Of a stretch of DNA of 40,748 bases, positions 16,160 through 23,096 are shown one piece after another. The translations under genes and the position numbers were made by a program. Numbering within the stretch: position 1 is the stretch's first letter; each line of letters opens with the position of its first letter. Below the pieces are notes generated by a model. It ran no database searches, was not told where the DNA came from, and saw only the letters and a program-made list of their open reading frames with translations. The DNA comes from Candidatus Naiadarchaeum limnaeum (GTDB lineage: Archaea > Undinarchaeota > Undinarchaeia > Undinarchaeales > Naiadarchaeaceae), in NCBI GenBank assembly GCA_014189685.1, contig DVAB01000017.1, forward strand, positions 1-40,748, given 5' to 3'.

Positions 16160-16915
16160 ATGGCAAAGATTCCTGACTTACCGCCCGCTTTAAAGAAAAA
16201 GCTACAAGAGTTAAACGCGCCGAACGCAAAAAAGCTTTATAAATTATATCTGGATGGAAATTTTGAGGGCATATTAGCCCTAATTTATTCGAGTGCAAAA
16301 GATTCTAGAAACGAAAAAATTGTAAGAATAACAGAAACTTTTCACAAATATTTTGAAAGAATTTCAGAGCTTTCTGCCGAGGCAGAGGAGGAATCGCTTT
16401 CTGGAATCAATTCTGTTCTTGATGATATAAAAAATTTGAACATCTCAAGAGAGATTAAGCCAAGTTTCGACAGAACATTATTAGCAATAAAGGGGTTGAC
16501 ACAAAAAAGCAAATGGCAAATCTGGAAAAAACCACATTATAGAAAAGAGTTGAAAAATGCTCTGGAAGAAATTTTCAAGCAGGCTGGAAAAAGCCCTTAC
16601 GCGGCTGAAATTGTTAATGGAATAAAACCAGTGGTTTTTGCTGAGATAGATAGCCCTGCGTTTGCGGAAATTATCCCAATAATCCTTTTGCTAATTGCAA
16701 GCATTGCAACAGGGATGCCGCTGTTTTTATTGGTAGCAGCAAAATGGAAGGTGGTTGCAGGAGTTGCCTTTGCAATAATATCACTTATTCTTGGAGTTAT
16801 AGGAATGATAAGCGCAACCTTGGGGGAAGCCTTGCAATCATTGGGCTTCATAATTTTTGGTATTTTAGCATTGTTTTATTATGGAAGAAGCGCATATCAG
16901 GGATGGGAGAAATAA
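16160..16915 (+). CDS. Hypothetical protein, helical N-terminal domain plus three C-terminal TM helices
   Basis: Long ORF with normal codon composition, divergent from the surface-protein gene across a 64-nt TATA-rich spacer. No family recognised. Confidence 0.6.
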   Translation: MAKIPDLPPALKKKLQELNAPNAKKLYKLYLDGNFEGILALIYSSAKDSRNEKIVRITETFHKYFERISELSAEAEEESLSGINSVLDDIKNLNISREIKPSFDRTLLAIKGLTQKSKWQIWKKPHYRKELKNALEEIFKQAGKSPYAAEIVNGIKPVVFAEIDSPAFAEIIPIILLLIASIATGMPLFLLVAAKWKVVAGVAFAIISLILGVIGMISATLGEALQSLGFIIFGILALFYYGRSAYQGWEK

Positions 16916-16960
16916 TTATTTTATTTAACTAATTGATCAAAACTTATTTAAGCCTAATTT

Positions 16961-17061
16961 TCAAAGCATCTTTGAGCGGAAGCGAGACAACGCGAAACGG
17001 AAGGTTTCGCGTGTGCAAAGGAATTTGATTCCTTTGCGAGATGCAAGGAAGCGAAGCTTCC
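16961..17061 (+). other. Array of four perfect hairpins in the leader of the ZIP/UPF0016 genes
   Basis: Four perfect hairpins: TCAAAG-CAT-CTTTGA (16961-16975); CGCGAAAC-GGAAG-GTTTCGCG (16991-17011); GCAAAGGAAT-TTG-ATTCCTTTGC (17015-17037); GGAAGC-GAA-GCTTCC (17047-17061). The array ends 13 nt before ATG 17075 and is locally GC-rich in an AT-rich genome. Confidence 0.6.
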
Positions 17062-17074
17062 GAAGCAGCATACT

Positions 17075-17833
17075 ATGACATTGGGGTTAATATTGCTCTC
17101 TGTATTGATTGTGAGCTTGGTTTCTTTAGTTGGAATTCTCACAATTTCAATGAGTGGCAGAAAGCTAAAAAACATAATTTTTATTCTTATAAGTTTCGCA
17201 GCAGGAACAATGCTGGGCGGAGCATTTTTTGATTTACTCCCGGAGGCTGCAGAAATTGAAGGTATTTTAATCGCAGACATATTTCTTTACACTCTCATAG
17301 GCGTGATAGTTTTTTTCCTGATTGAAAGTTTCATTCACTTGTATCACTGCCACGTTGGCTACCACAAGCCGCACGAATATAGACATAAGCCAATTGCCTA
17401 TCTAAGCTTAATCGCAGATGGACTGCACAATTTTTTAGATGGGATTGCAATTGCGATTAGTTTTCTTGTAGGGATCGAAGTTGGGGTTGCTGTAACAATT
17501 GCAGTTATTTTGCATGAAATCCCGCAGGAGATAAATGATTTCAGCATTTTGATATACGGAGGATTTAGTAATTTGAAAGCACTGGGCTTTAATTTTCTCT
17601 CTGCACTAACAGCTTTTATTGGGGCGCTTTTTGCATACTTTTTTTCAGCAAGCATGGGGGGCGGACTTACCGCATTCCTGTTAGCTTTTAGCGGTGGCGG
17701 ATTCATTTACATGTCAGCTGCAAACTTAATTCCCGAGATGCATAGGGAAGCACATTTTGATAAATCAGTACTGCAGCTTATTGTACTATTATTAGGAATC
17801 GCAATTATTTTTGTGATAACAAATTTTGCTTAG
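17075..17833 (+). CDS. zupT: ZIP-family zinc/iron permease (ZupT-like)
   Basis: Signature motifs LHNFLDGIAIAISF and LHEIPQEINDFSIL, in a polytopic membrane protein. Confidence 0.88.
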   Translation: MTLGLILLSVLIVSLVSLVGILTISMSGRKLKNIIFILISFAAGTMLGGAFFDLLPEAAEIEGILIADIFLYTLIGVIVFFLIESFIHLYHCHVGYHKPHEYRHKPIAYLSLIADGLHNFLDGIAIAISFLVGIEVGVAVTIAVILHEIPQEINDFSILIYGGFSNLKALGFNFLSALTAFIGALFAYFFSASMGGGLTAFLLAFSGGGFIYMSAANLIPEMHREAHFDKSVLQLIVLLLGIAIIFVITNFA

Positions 17834-17839
17834 AAAAAA

Positions 17840-18394
17840 ATGATAATAGAACTCCTAGCAACAATTGTAATAATTTTTCTCGCAGAACTTGCAGATAAAA
17901 CGCAGTTAGTCATTTTTTCATTGGGAATAAAATATAGAAAGCCATTGCAAGTTTTTTCTGGGGCACTTCTTGCCCATGGAATAATGGATGGGATAGCAAT
18001 AGTTGCAGGAAGTTTAGTTGCAAGTTTCTTTAAAATTGCTTTCTTAAAGGTAGGGATAGCGGCGCTCTTTATTCTCATTGGAATTTATATGATCTTTAAA
18101 GAGAAAAAAACAAAAAAAGTTCCGCCGCTTATAAAAAATGTCTTTCTTGCAGCTTTTGCACTTATATTTCTAAGCGAATTTGGGGACAAGTCACAAATCG
18201 CTGCCGGGCTTCTTGGGGCAAAATACAATTTGCCTTTAATTGTTTTTGCAGGAACAATGTTGGGATTGGCACTTGCAATAGGACTTAATTTGTTATTAGG
18301 CAAAAGAATTGCAAAATTCATTGGCTATGAAAAAGCTGAAAAAATTGCTGCGGGATTATTTATAGTCTACGGAATAATATTCCTTTTGTTATAA
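17840..18394 (+). CDS. UPF0016 (GDT1/TMEM165) family cation (Mn2+/Ca2+) transporter
   Basis: Two copies of the E-x-G-D-K-[ST] family motif (ELADKTQ and EFGDKSQ) in a six-TM protein. Confidence 0.85.
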   Translation: MIIELLATIVIIFLAELADKTQLVIFSLGIKYRKPLQVFSGALLAHGIMDGIAIVAGSLVASFFKIAFLKVGIAALFILIGIYMIFKEKKTKKVPPLIKNVFLAAFALIFLSEFGDKSQIAAGLLGAKYNLPLIVFAGTMLGLALAIGLNLLLGKRIAKFIGYEKAEKIAAGLFIVYGIIFLLL

Positions 18395-18819
18395 TGGAAA
18401 ACATTGTAGAAATTTTGCAGAGTTCAAAAACAATTGCGGTTGTGGGCTGCAGCAAAAATCCGGGAAAGGACGCGCACGATATTCCTGCATTAATGCAATC
18501 AAAAGGTTATGGAATTATCCCAATAAATCCAACTGCGGATGAAATTTTAGGAGAAAAAGCGTATCCAAATTTATTGTATCTTCCTTTAGATTTAAAAAAG
18601 CAAATTGACATTATTGATGTTTTCCGGCCTTCAAACGAAGTTGCTGGAATTGTAGAACAAGCTTTGCAATTGCAAAAAGAAACTGGGAAAAAATATGTAA
18701 TCTGGACTCAGCTTGGAATTCAAGATGATACAGCAGCGGCAAAAGCGCGAGCCGCAGGATTAAAAGTTATTCAAAATCACTGCTTAAAAATAGAGTACAA
18801 TAAATTATTTCCTTTTTGA
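18394..18819 (+). CDS. CoA-binding domain protein (YccU/YneT-like)
   Basis: IAVVGCSKNPGKDAHDIPALMQSKGYGIIPINP... is the typical CoA-binding Rossmann-like start. TAATG overlap with the upstream gene. Confidence 0.8.
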   Translation: MENIVEILQSSKTIAVVGCSKNPGKDAHDIPALMQSKGYGIIPINPTADEILGEKAYPNLLYLPLDLKKQIDIIDVFRPSNEVAGIVEQALQLQKETGKKYVIWTQLGIQDDTAAAKARAAGLKVIQNHCLKIEYNKLFPF

Positions 18820-19095
18820 TTTCTTTTTTGGCTTTATTTGTGTAACAGCATGCGAGCCTATTCCTAAAACCTCATCAAGCGCGCTTTTATTCCAGCCAAT
18901 TATTACGTGTTCCTCTGAATCCGTAATAACAATAACCGGAACTCCGCGCTGGCCACTCTTATTAACCATTACATCGCGCGCCTTCAGATCAGAAACAACA
19001 TCTTTTTCAGTATATTTTATATTGTTCTGTTTAAAGTACTCTTTAGTTGCTCTGCAATAAACGCAAGTTGGGGTTGTATAAATTATTACTTTCAT
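18805..19095 (-). CDS. Glutaredoxin-like protein (NrdH/Grx family)
   Basis: MKVIIYTTPTCVYCRATKEYF...RGVPVIVI with a CVYC active site. I use Met-91 of the tracked 186-aa ORF (ATG at 19095). A TATA box lies 20-30 nt upstream. Confidence 0.85.
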   Translation of the reverse strand: MKVIIYTTPTCVYCRATKEYFKQNNIKYTEKDVVSDLKARDVMVNKSGQRGVPVIVITDSEEHVIIGWNKSALDEVLGIGSHAVTQIKPKKKSKRK

Positions 19096-19114
19096 AATTT
19101 GAGTTAATCCCAAT

Positions 19115-19125
19115 AAATTTATAAG
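19115..19125. promoter_or_regulatory. Single central TATA element between divergent leaderless genes (grx-like and zinc-ribbon)
   Basis: aaatttataag sits 20-30 nt from ATG 19095 (minus strand) and 23-33 nt from ATG 19148 (plus strand). The whole spacer is 52 nt. Confidence 0.45.
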
Positions 19126-19147
19126 TGTTGCGTAATTAAATATATAC

Positions 19148-19381
19148 ATGGCCCAAGTTCCAGTTATGATGGTAGAAGTTGAATTGACTTGCAAGAAATG
19201 CACTCGGAAAGAAAGAGTTGATGTTCCAATCGCCTGTGATGTTAGTACTGAAGTAAAAGGCGGTGCACTGGCTTGCAGTTTTATTGGGGATGTAAAACAA
19301 TATCTCAAAGAGTGCAAGGAGTGCGGCTCAAAACAGTTTAAGGTAGAGCAGAAAAAGATTCGCATGGGAACTGGCGCGTAA
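19148..19381 (+). CDS. Small four-Cys zinc-ribbon protein
   Basis: 77 aa with CKKC ... CKEC pairs. TATA at the correct distance. Lies opposite the spurious N-terminal extension of the grx ORF. Confidence 0.55.
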   Translation: MAQVPVMMVEVELTCKKCTRKERVDVPIACDVSTEVKGGALACSFIGDVKQYLKECKECGSKQFKVEQKKIRMGTGA

Positions 19382-19411
19382 ATTTCTATTTTTAAAGTAG
19401 GTAAGGCAAAC

Positions 19412-19438
19412 CTTATATATCCAGTTAGGCATCCTAAC
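19412..19438 (+). promoter_or_regulatory. TATA box plus palindromic operator upstream of the DtxR-family gene
   Basis: cttatatat (19412-19420), then GTTAGG-CAT-CCTAAC (19424-19438), 5 nt before ATG 19444. The same ~30-nt block recurs at 19831-19858. Confidence 0.65.
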
Positions 19439-19443
19439 TTTGT

Positions 19444-19827
19444 ATGAGAAAATCTGAAATCGAATCAAGAGAGATGTATTTGAAAGCTATTTACAATATT
19501 CAGAGATATGAGCATAGAAATGCACGGCCAGTAGATGTCTCAAAATATTTGGAGGTCAGCAAGGCGAGTGTTTCTGAAATGGTTAAAAAAATGCGAAAAC
19601 AGAAATTGTTAGTTTACAAGCAGGGAACTGCAATTAGATTAACAAAGCAGGGTTTGATTGGTGCAAGAAAAGTAACTCATCATTACAAGGTACTTGAAGA
19701 TTTTTTTAAAAGAGTATTGAAACTTTCAGAAGAGCGCGCCGCAAAAGAGGCCTGTGATTTGGAGCATTTTTTCGCCGATGATACCATTACAAGATTAAAA
19801 AGATTAACAGATACTTATTCTAAGTAA
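19444..19827 (+). CDS. DtxR/MntR-family metal-dependent transcriptional repressor
   Basis: REMYLKAIYNIQ...ARPVDVSKYLEVSKASVSEMVKKM (wHTH), then the helical metal-binding/dimerisation region (HHYKVLEDFF...CDLEH). Confidence 0.85.
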   Translation: MRKSEIESREMYLKAIYNIQRYEHRNARPVDVSKYLEVSKASVSEMVKKMRKQKLLVYKQGTAIRLTKQGLIGARKVTHHYKVLEDFFKRVLKLSEERAAKEACDLEHFFADDTITRLKRLTDTYSK

Positions 19828-19830
19828 AAA

Positions 19831-19858
19831 CTTATATATAGGGTTAGGCATACCTAAC
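19831..19858 (+). promoter_or_regulatory. TATA box plus palindromic operator upstream of the FTR1 iron permease gene
   Basis: cttatatata (19831-19840), then GTTAGG-CATA-CCTAAC (19843-19858), 13 nt before GTG 19872. Confidence 0.65.
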
Positions 19859-19871
19859 TCCGTGATATAAT

Positions 19872-20705
19872 GTGGGCTTACCTACATTTGTAATAACATT
19901 CAGGGAAACTTTAGAAGCTGCACTAGTTGTTGGAATTATTTTAGTTTATTTAATAAAAACAGAAAATACAAAGTATAACAAATTTGTCTGGGGCGGGACT
20001 TTTTCTGCAATTGTCGGAAGCGGAGTAGCAGCTTTTTTGTTCAGCAGATTCGCAGGCGGCTTCACAGGAGCTACTGAGCAAATTTTTGAGGGCGCAACAA
20101 TGTTTGCTGCTGCTCTCTTACTTACTACAATGATATTCTGGATGCTAAAGCAAAAACATCTAATTGCAGAGCACATAAGGGCGCAGCTCTCAAAGCACAT
20201 AGAGATGGAATATGAGATTGGAATTTTTGCTCTTGCTTTTGTAATGGTTTTGAGGGAAGGAGTTGAAACTGTTATATTTTTAAATGCAACTGCATTTATT
20301 GGACAATTTGATTTCCTAAGCGGAATTTTAGGAATTATAGTTGCAGTTGGGCTGGGATTTGTAATTTTTGCAGGAATAAAAAGAATTGATTTGAAAAACT
20401 TTTTCTCAGTTACAAGTGTGCTTTTAATTTTATTTGCAGCTGGACTAGTTGCCCATGGTGTTCATGAATTTGAAGAGGCGGGAGTTGTAAATCCGATAAA
20501 AACTCCAGTGTACAATATAAATCATATTTTGGATGAAAAAGGAGTTGTGGGAAGTTTCTTGAAAGCCTTGTTCGGATATAACGGAAATCCAAGTTTGATG
20601 GAAGTGCTAAGCTATCTGGGGTATATAGGATTGATAGCAATTGTCTATTATAATTTTGATAAAATTTTTAAAATACAGCAGCCAATTGCAACAACTAGTT
20701 CTTGA
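19872..20705 (+). CDS. FTR1/EfeU-family high-affinity iron permease
   Basis: Two RExxE motifs (FRETLEAAL and LREGVETVIFL) in a seven-TM protein. GTG start. Confidence 0.85.
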   Translation: MGLPTFVITFRETLEAALVVGIILVYLIKTENTKYNKFVWGGTFSAIVGSGVAAFLFSRFAGGFTGATEQIFEGATMFAAALLLTTMIFWMLKQKHLIAEHIRAQLSKHIEMEYEIGIFALAFVMVLREGVETVIFLNATAFIGQFDFLSGILGIIVAVGLGFVIFAGIKRIDLKNFFSVTSVLLILFAAGLVAHGVHEFEEAGVVNPIKTPVYNINHILDEKGVVGSFLKALFGYNGNPSLMEVLSYLGYIGLIAIVYYNFDKIFKIQQPIATTSS

Positions 20706-20762
20706 CACAAAGGGTAGCATCAGAGAGCAATTAATTTATCTGCTAATCAACTACCCTTTGTG
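20706..20762. terminator. 12-bp perfect inverted repeat between convergent genes (candidate bidirectional terminator hairpin)
   Basis: CACAAAGGGTAG (20706-20717, starting right after the FTR1 TGA) pairs with CTACCCTTTGTG (20751-20762, the last codons of the minus-strand gene). The loop is 33 nt. Confidence 0.35.
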
Positions 20763-21181
20763 AACGCGCCAAGCAAATAGAGTGAAACAAACATAAGTAC
20801 AAGCCCAATTAGCATAAGCGGAGTCCTGTATGCTGAAAGGAATATTACAGTATTAAATCCAAGTGCTTGTGCAAGTATTGGAATGCAGGCAGGGCATTGA
20901 AATGCAAAAATTCCTAAAATCGAGCCTGCCTGGCTTGAAGCGCTTTTTAATTCGCAGGCCTGAATTTTTTGCCTGAATGAATGGTATTGTATTGACATTG
21001 TTATTCCAAAAAGAATTGAAAAAATCATGTAAAGCACAAAGTTCAACGGGCTGATAAAGGTAAACCATATATCTAGATTTCCAAGTGATTGAAAAGTCGG
21101 AAAAATTAGAAGCATAACGAATGTAGCTGCCACTGCGGTTGCCAAATAACGCTTCTCGGAAAGAATTTTAAAAAGTTTCAT
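20747..21181 (-). CDS. Small polytopic membrane protein with intramembrane CPAC (candidate redox partner of the adjacent DsbA-like protein)
   Basis: Start at MKLFKILSEK (ATG 21181, 10 nt after the upstream stop). Hydrophobic helices. FAFQCPACIPILAQALGF plus one more Cys (QACELK). No family recognised. Confidence 0.6.
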   Translation of the reverse strand: MKLFKILSEKRYLATAVAATFVMLLIFPTFQSLGNLDIWFTFISPLNFVLYMIFSILFGITMSIQYHSFRQKIQACELKSASSQAGSILGIFAFQCPACIPILAQALGFNTVIFLSAYRTPLMLIGLVLMFVSLYLLGAFTKGS

Positions 21182-21191
21182 CTCACGAGCT

Positions 21192-21944
21192 TTACCGCGC
21201 CCATTCAATTTGTTTTGCAAATAAAGTATCGTGGTATTCCCAGTATTTTCCTTGTTCCCCTGCACAGAGAGCAGTCTCGGCAGCTTTCTGAGCAAGTGGA
21301 TGAATGCTTCTCAGTGGGAAATCTTTGTAAACAAAGAGAACTTTTCCAGTATCAACATAATCTTTCTTAATCTGCGGCAATGTATCTTTCCAGAATTTCC
21401 CACAGAACGGGCACTGAAAATCAGAAAATTCGAGCATTATAATTGGAGCGTCTTTTTTGCCAAGTGTTTGATCTTTTGAATTGACAAGGCTTAATGCCAT
21501 GGAGCGATTTGACGGAGTTGCTAGTTCTTTATCCAATATTGATTTAAATTCCTCGTAAGGAGCTGCACCTATTGGAACAAGCTGCCCATTTATAACAAAA
21601 GTTGGTGTTCCTGTTGCACCTAGTGCTAATGCAAGTTTGTAATCAGAATTTACATCTTCTGTGTATTCCCCATCATCAACACAGGATTCAAATTGTTGCT
21701 TGTTCAACTTTAGATCAGTTGCATATTTTGTAAATAGCGCATCTCGTGTCACTGTTATTCCTTGCGAGCTGCCCTCGCTACCATCTCCAGTAAATGATGT
21801 CTGTATGCCAGTGGAAGTTGTTCCAAAGCTCTGCTGAATTCCAAAATAATAGCCTGCAAACGCTCCTACAACCAAGCCAAAAACAAACAACAATATAGAT
21901 AGATGGGAACTTTTCACCTGGACGTGTTCGCTTTTTTGTTCCAT
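21192..21944 (-). CDS. DsbA-like thioredoxin-domain oxidoreductase, membrane-anchored
   Basis: N-terminal TM, then a DsbA/Thioredoxin_4-type pattern (PIIMLEFSDFQCPFCGKFW...VLFVYKDFPL...HP.A..AAE...CAGEQGKYWEYHD). Confidence 0.85.
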   Translation of the reverse strand: MEQKSEHVQVKSSHLSILLFVFGLVVGAFAGYYFGIQQSFGTTSTGIQTSFTGDGSEGSSQGITVTRDALFTKYATDLKLNKQQFESCVDDGEYTEDVNSDYKLALALGATGTPTFVINGQLVPIGAAPYEEFKSILDKELATPSNRSMALSLVNSKDQTLGKKDAPIIMLEFSDFQCPFCGKFWKDTLPQIKKDYVDTGKVLFVYKDFPLRSIHPLAQKAAETALCAGEQGKYWEYHDTLFAKQIEWAR

Positions 21945-22075
21945 TTTCTTGATTTATTTCCCCCGAGAGAAAATATGAGGAACGTATAGTTCCGAAATAT
22001 GCTTTCAGAGTGCTTGTTTTAGATTATATTTATATATTATTATAAGTTCAAACTGATAGCTCTCTAGCCTACTAT

Positions 22076-22246
22076 TTATTTTCCAGCAGCGCGTTTCTTC
22101 TGTCTCAAGCGATTGTGACCGCATTCCCTGCATTTTGCTTTCCCAAGCCTAACTTTTCTTGGGTCAACGCGATTGCGAGCATTGCACTTCATGCAAATAT
22201 ACATATTCTTGAACAGTCTTGCTTCTGCTTCTGGAAATCGGGCCAT
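22076..22246 (-). CDS. rpl40e: 50S ribosomal protein L40e
   Basis: Below the ORF-track cut-off and found by hand. Reads [56 protein letters not shown]: the [10 protein letters not shown] start and the CxxC...CxxC zinc ribbon are diagnostic. Confidence 0.9.
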   Translation of the reverse strand: MARFPEAEARLFKNMYICMKCNARNRVDPRKVRLGKAKCRECGHNRLRQKKRAAGK

Positions 22247-22259
22247 GAATCCTTTGAAA

Positions 22260-23096
22260 CTACACTTTTATGCTTTTAAGCCTTTCTATCCGCTTTTCAA
22301 GAGGCGGATGTGTTAAAAATAAATGGATTAAAGATTCTCCTGCAAAGGGATTTACAATAAATAAGTGCGAAGTTGCAGGGCTTCCGCTCTTGAGTGGATG
22401 ATGTTTAACCCCGGCTGAGATTTTCTGCAATGCACTGGCAAGTGCTAATGGTTTTTCGCTCAGAATTGCTCCTGAATAATCAGCCCCATATTCTCTTTGC
22501 CTGGAAATTGCCATTCTTACTAAAGCTGCTGCAAGCGGTGCAACAATTATGAAAATTAAAAACATTAAAGCGTTTCCCCCCCTGTCTCTAGATGAGCCAG
22601 CAAAATATGCAAATCTTCCGATTAATGCAATCGCGCCTGCTATAGTTGCTGCAACTGTTCCAACTAAAATATCCTTGTTTGTTATATGGCTGATCTCATG
22701 TGCAAAAACTCCCTCAAGCTCATTCTCATTTAATAAATTTAAAATCCCAGTAGTTGCGCAAACAACTGCATTTTTTGGATTTCTTCCAGTAGCGAAAGCA
22801 TTAGGAGTTGCGCTTTGCATAACTGCAACCTTTGGCTTAGGGATTTTTGCTTTTTTTGCAAGCCGCTCAACAACGTGGTGCAGTTTTGGATAATCATGGG
22901 CAGAAACTTCTTTTGCTCCATACATCGCTAGAACAATTTTATCTGAGTAAAAGTATGAAACCACATTTATCAAGGCTGCAAAGATTAGGGCTGTTATAAT
23001 TCCATAAGTTCCAAAGAAACTCCCAACTAGCATAAATATGCCAATGAGCAATCCAAACAATAAAACAATTCTTGTGCTTCCCATTTTTATTTTCAA
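22260..23096 (-). CDS. htpX: HtpX-like M48 membrane zinc protease
   Basis: HEISHI (HExxH) between TM helices, a typical C-terminal PPLEKRI, and 278 aa. Confidence 0.9.
   Translation of the reverse strand: MKIKMGSTRIVLLFGLLIGIFMLVGSFFGTYGIITALIFAALINVVSYFYSDKIVLAMYGAKEVSAHDYPKLHHVVERLAKKAKIPKPKVAVMQSATPNAFATGRNPKNAVVCATTGILNLLNENELEGVFAHEISHITNKDILVGTVAATIAGAIALIGRFAYFAGSSRDRGGNALMFLIFIIVAPLAAALVRMAISRQREYGADYSGAILSEKPLALASALQKISAGVKHHPLKSGSPATSHLFIVNPFAGESLIHLFLTHPPLEKRIERLKSIKV

Noticed and set aside
16985-17070. The hairpin cluster as a tRNA or C/D-box sRNA gene.
   Set aside because: There is no acceptor-stem pairing, no GTTCRANNC T-loop, and no RUGAUGA/CUGA boxes. The stems are consecutive rather than forming a cloverleaf.
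16954-17280. Minus-strand 108-aa ORF, and plus-strand 63-aa ORF (17041-17232), over the hairpin leader and ZIP start.
   Set aside because: Both are created by the palindromic sequence and by the antisense of the ZIP gene. They have no motif and no promoter, and they overlap a strongly supported transporter gene.
19096-19365. A 90-codon N-terminal extension of the glutaredoxin ORF (tracked 18805-19365).
   Set aside because: The Grx fold starts at MKVIIYTTPTCVYC with a TATA box upstream. The extension is low-complexity Ser/Thr/Leu text and lies antisense to a plausible zinc-ribbon gene.
21969-22013. An imperfect hairpin (GAAAATAT..GGAAC-GTATA-GTTCC..ATATGCTTTC) between rpl40e and the DsbA-like gene.
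   Set aside because: Only a 5-bp perfect core, with mismatched extensions. It lies in a promoter/3'-end spacer where AT-rich pseudo-palindromes arise easily, and the evidence is not strong enough to call.
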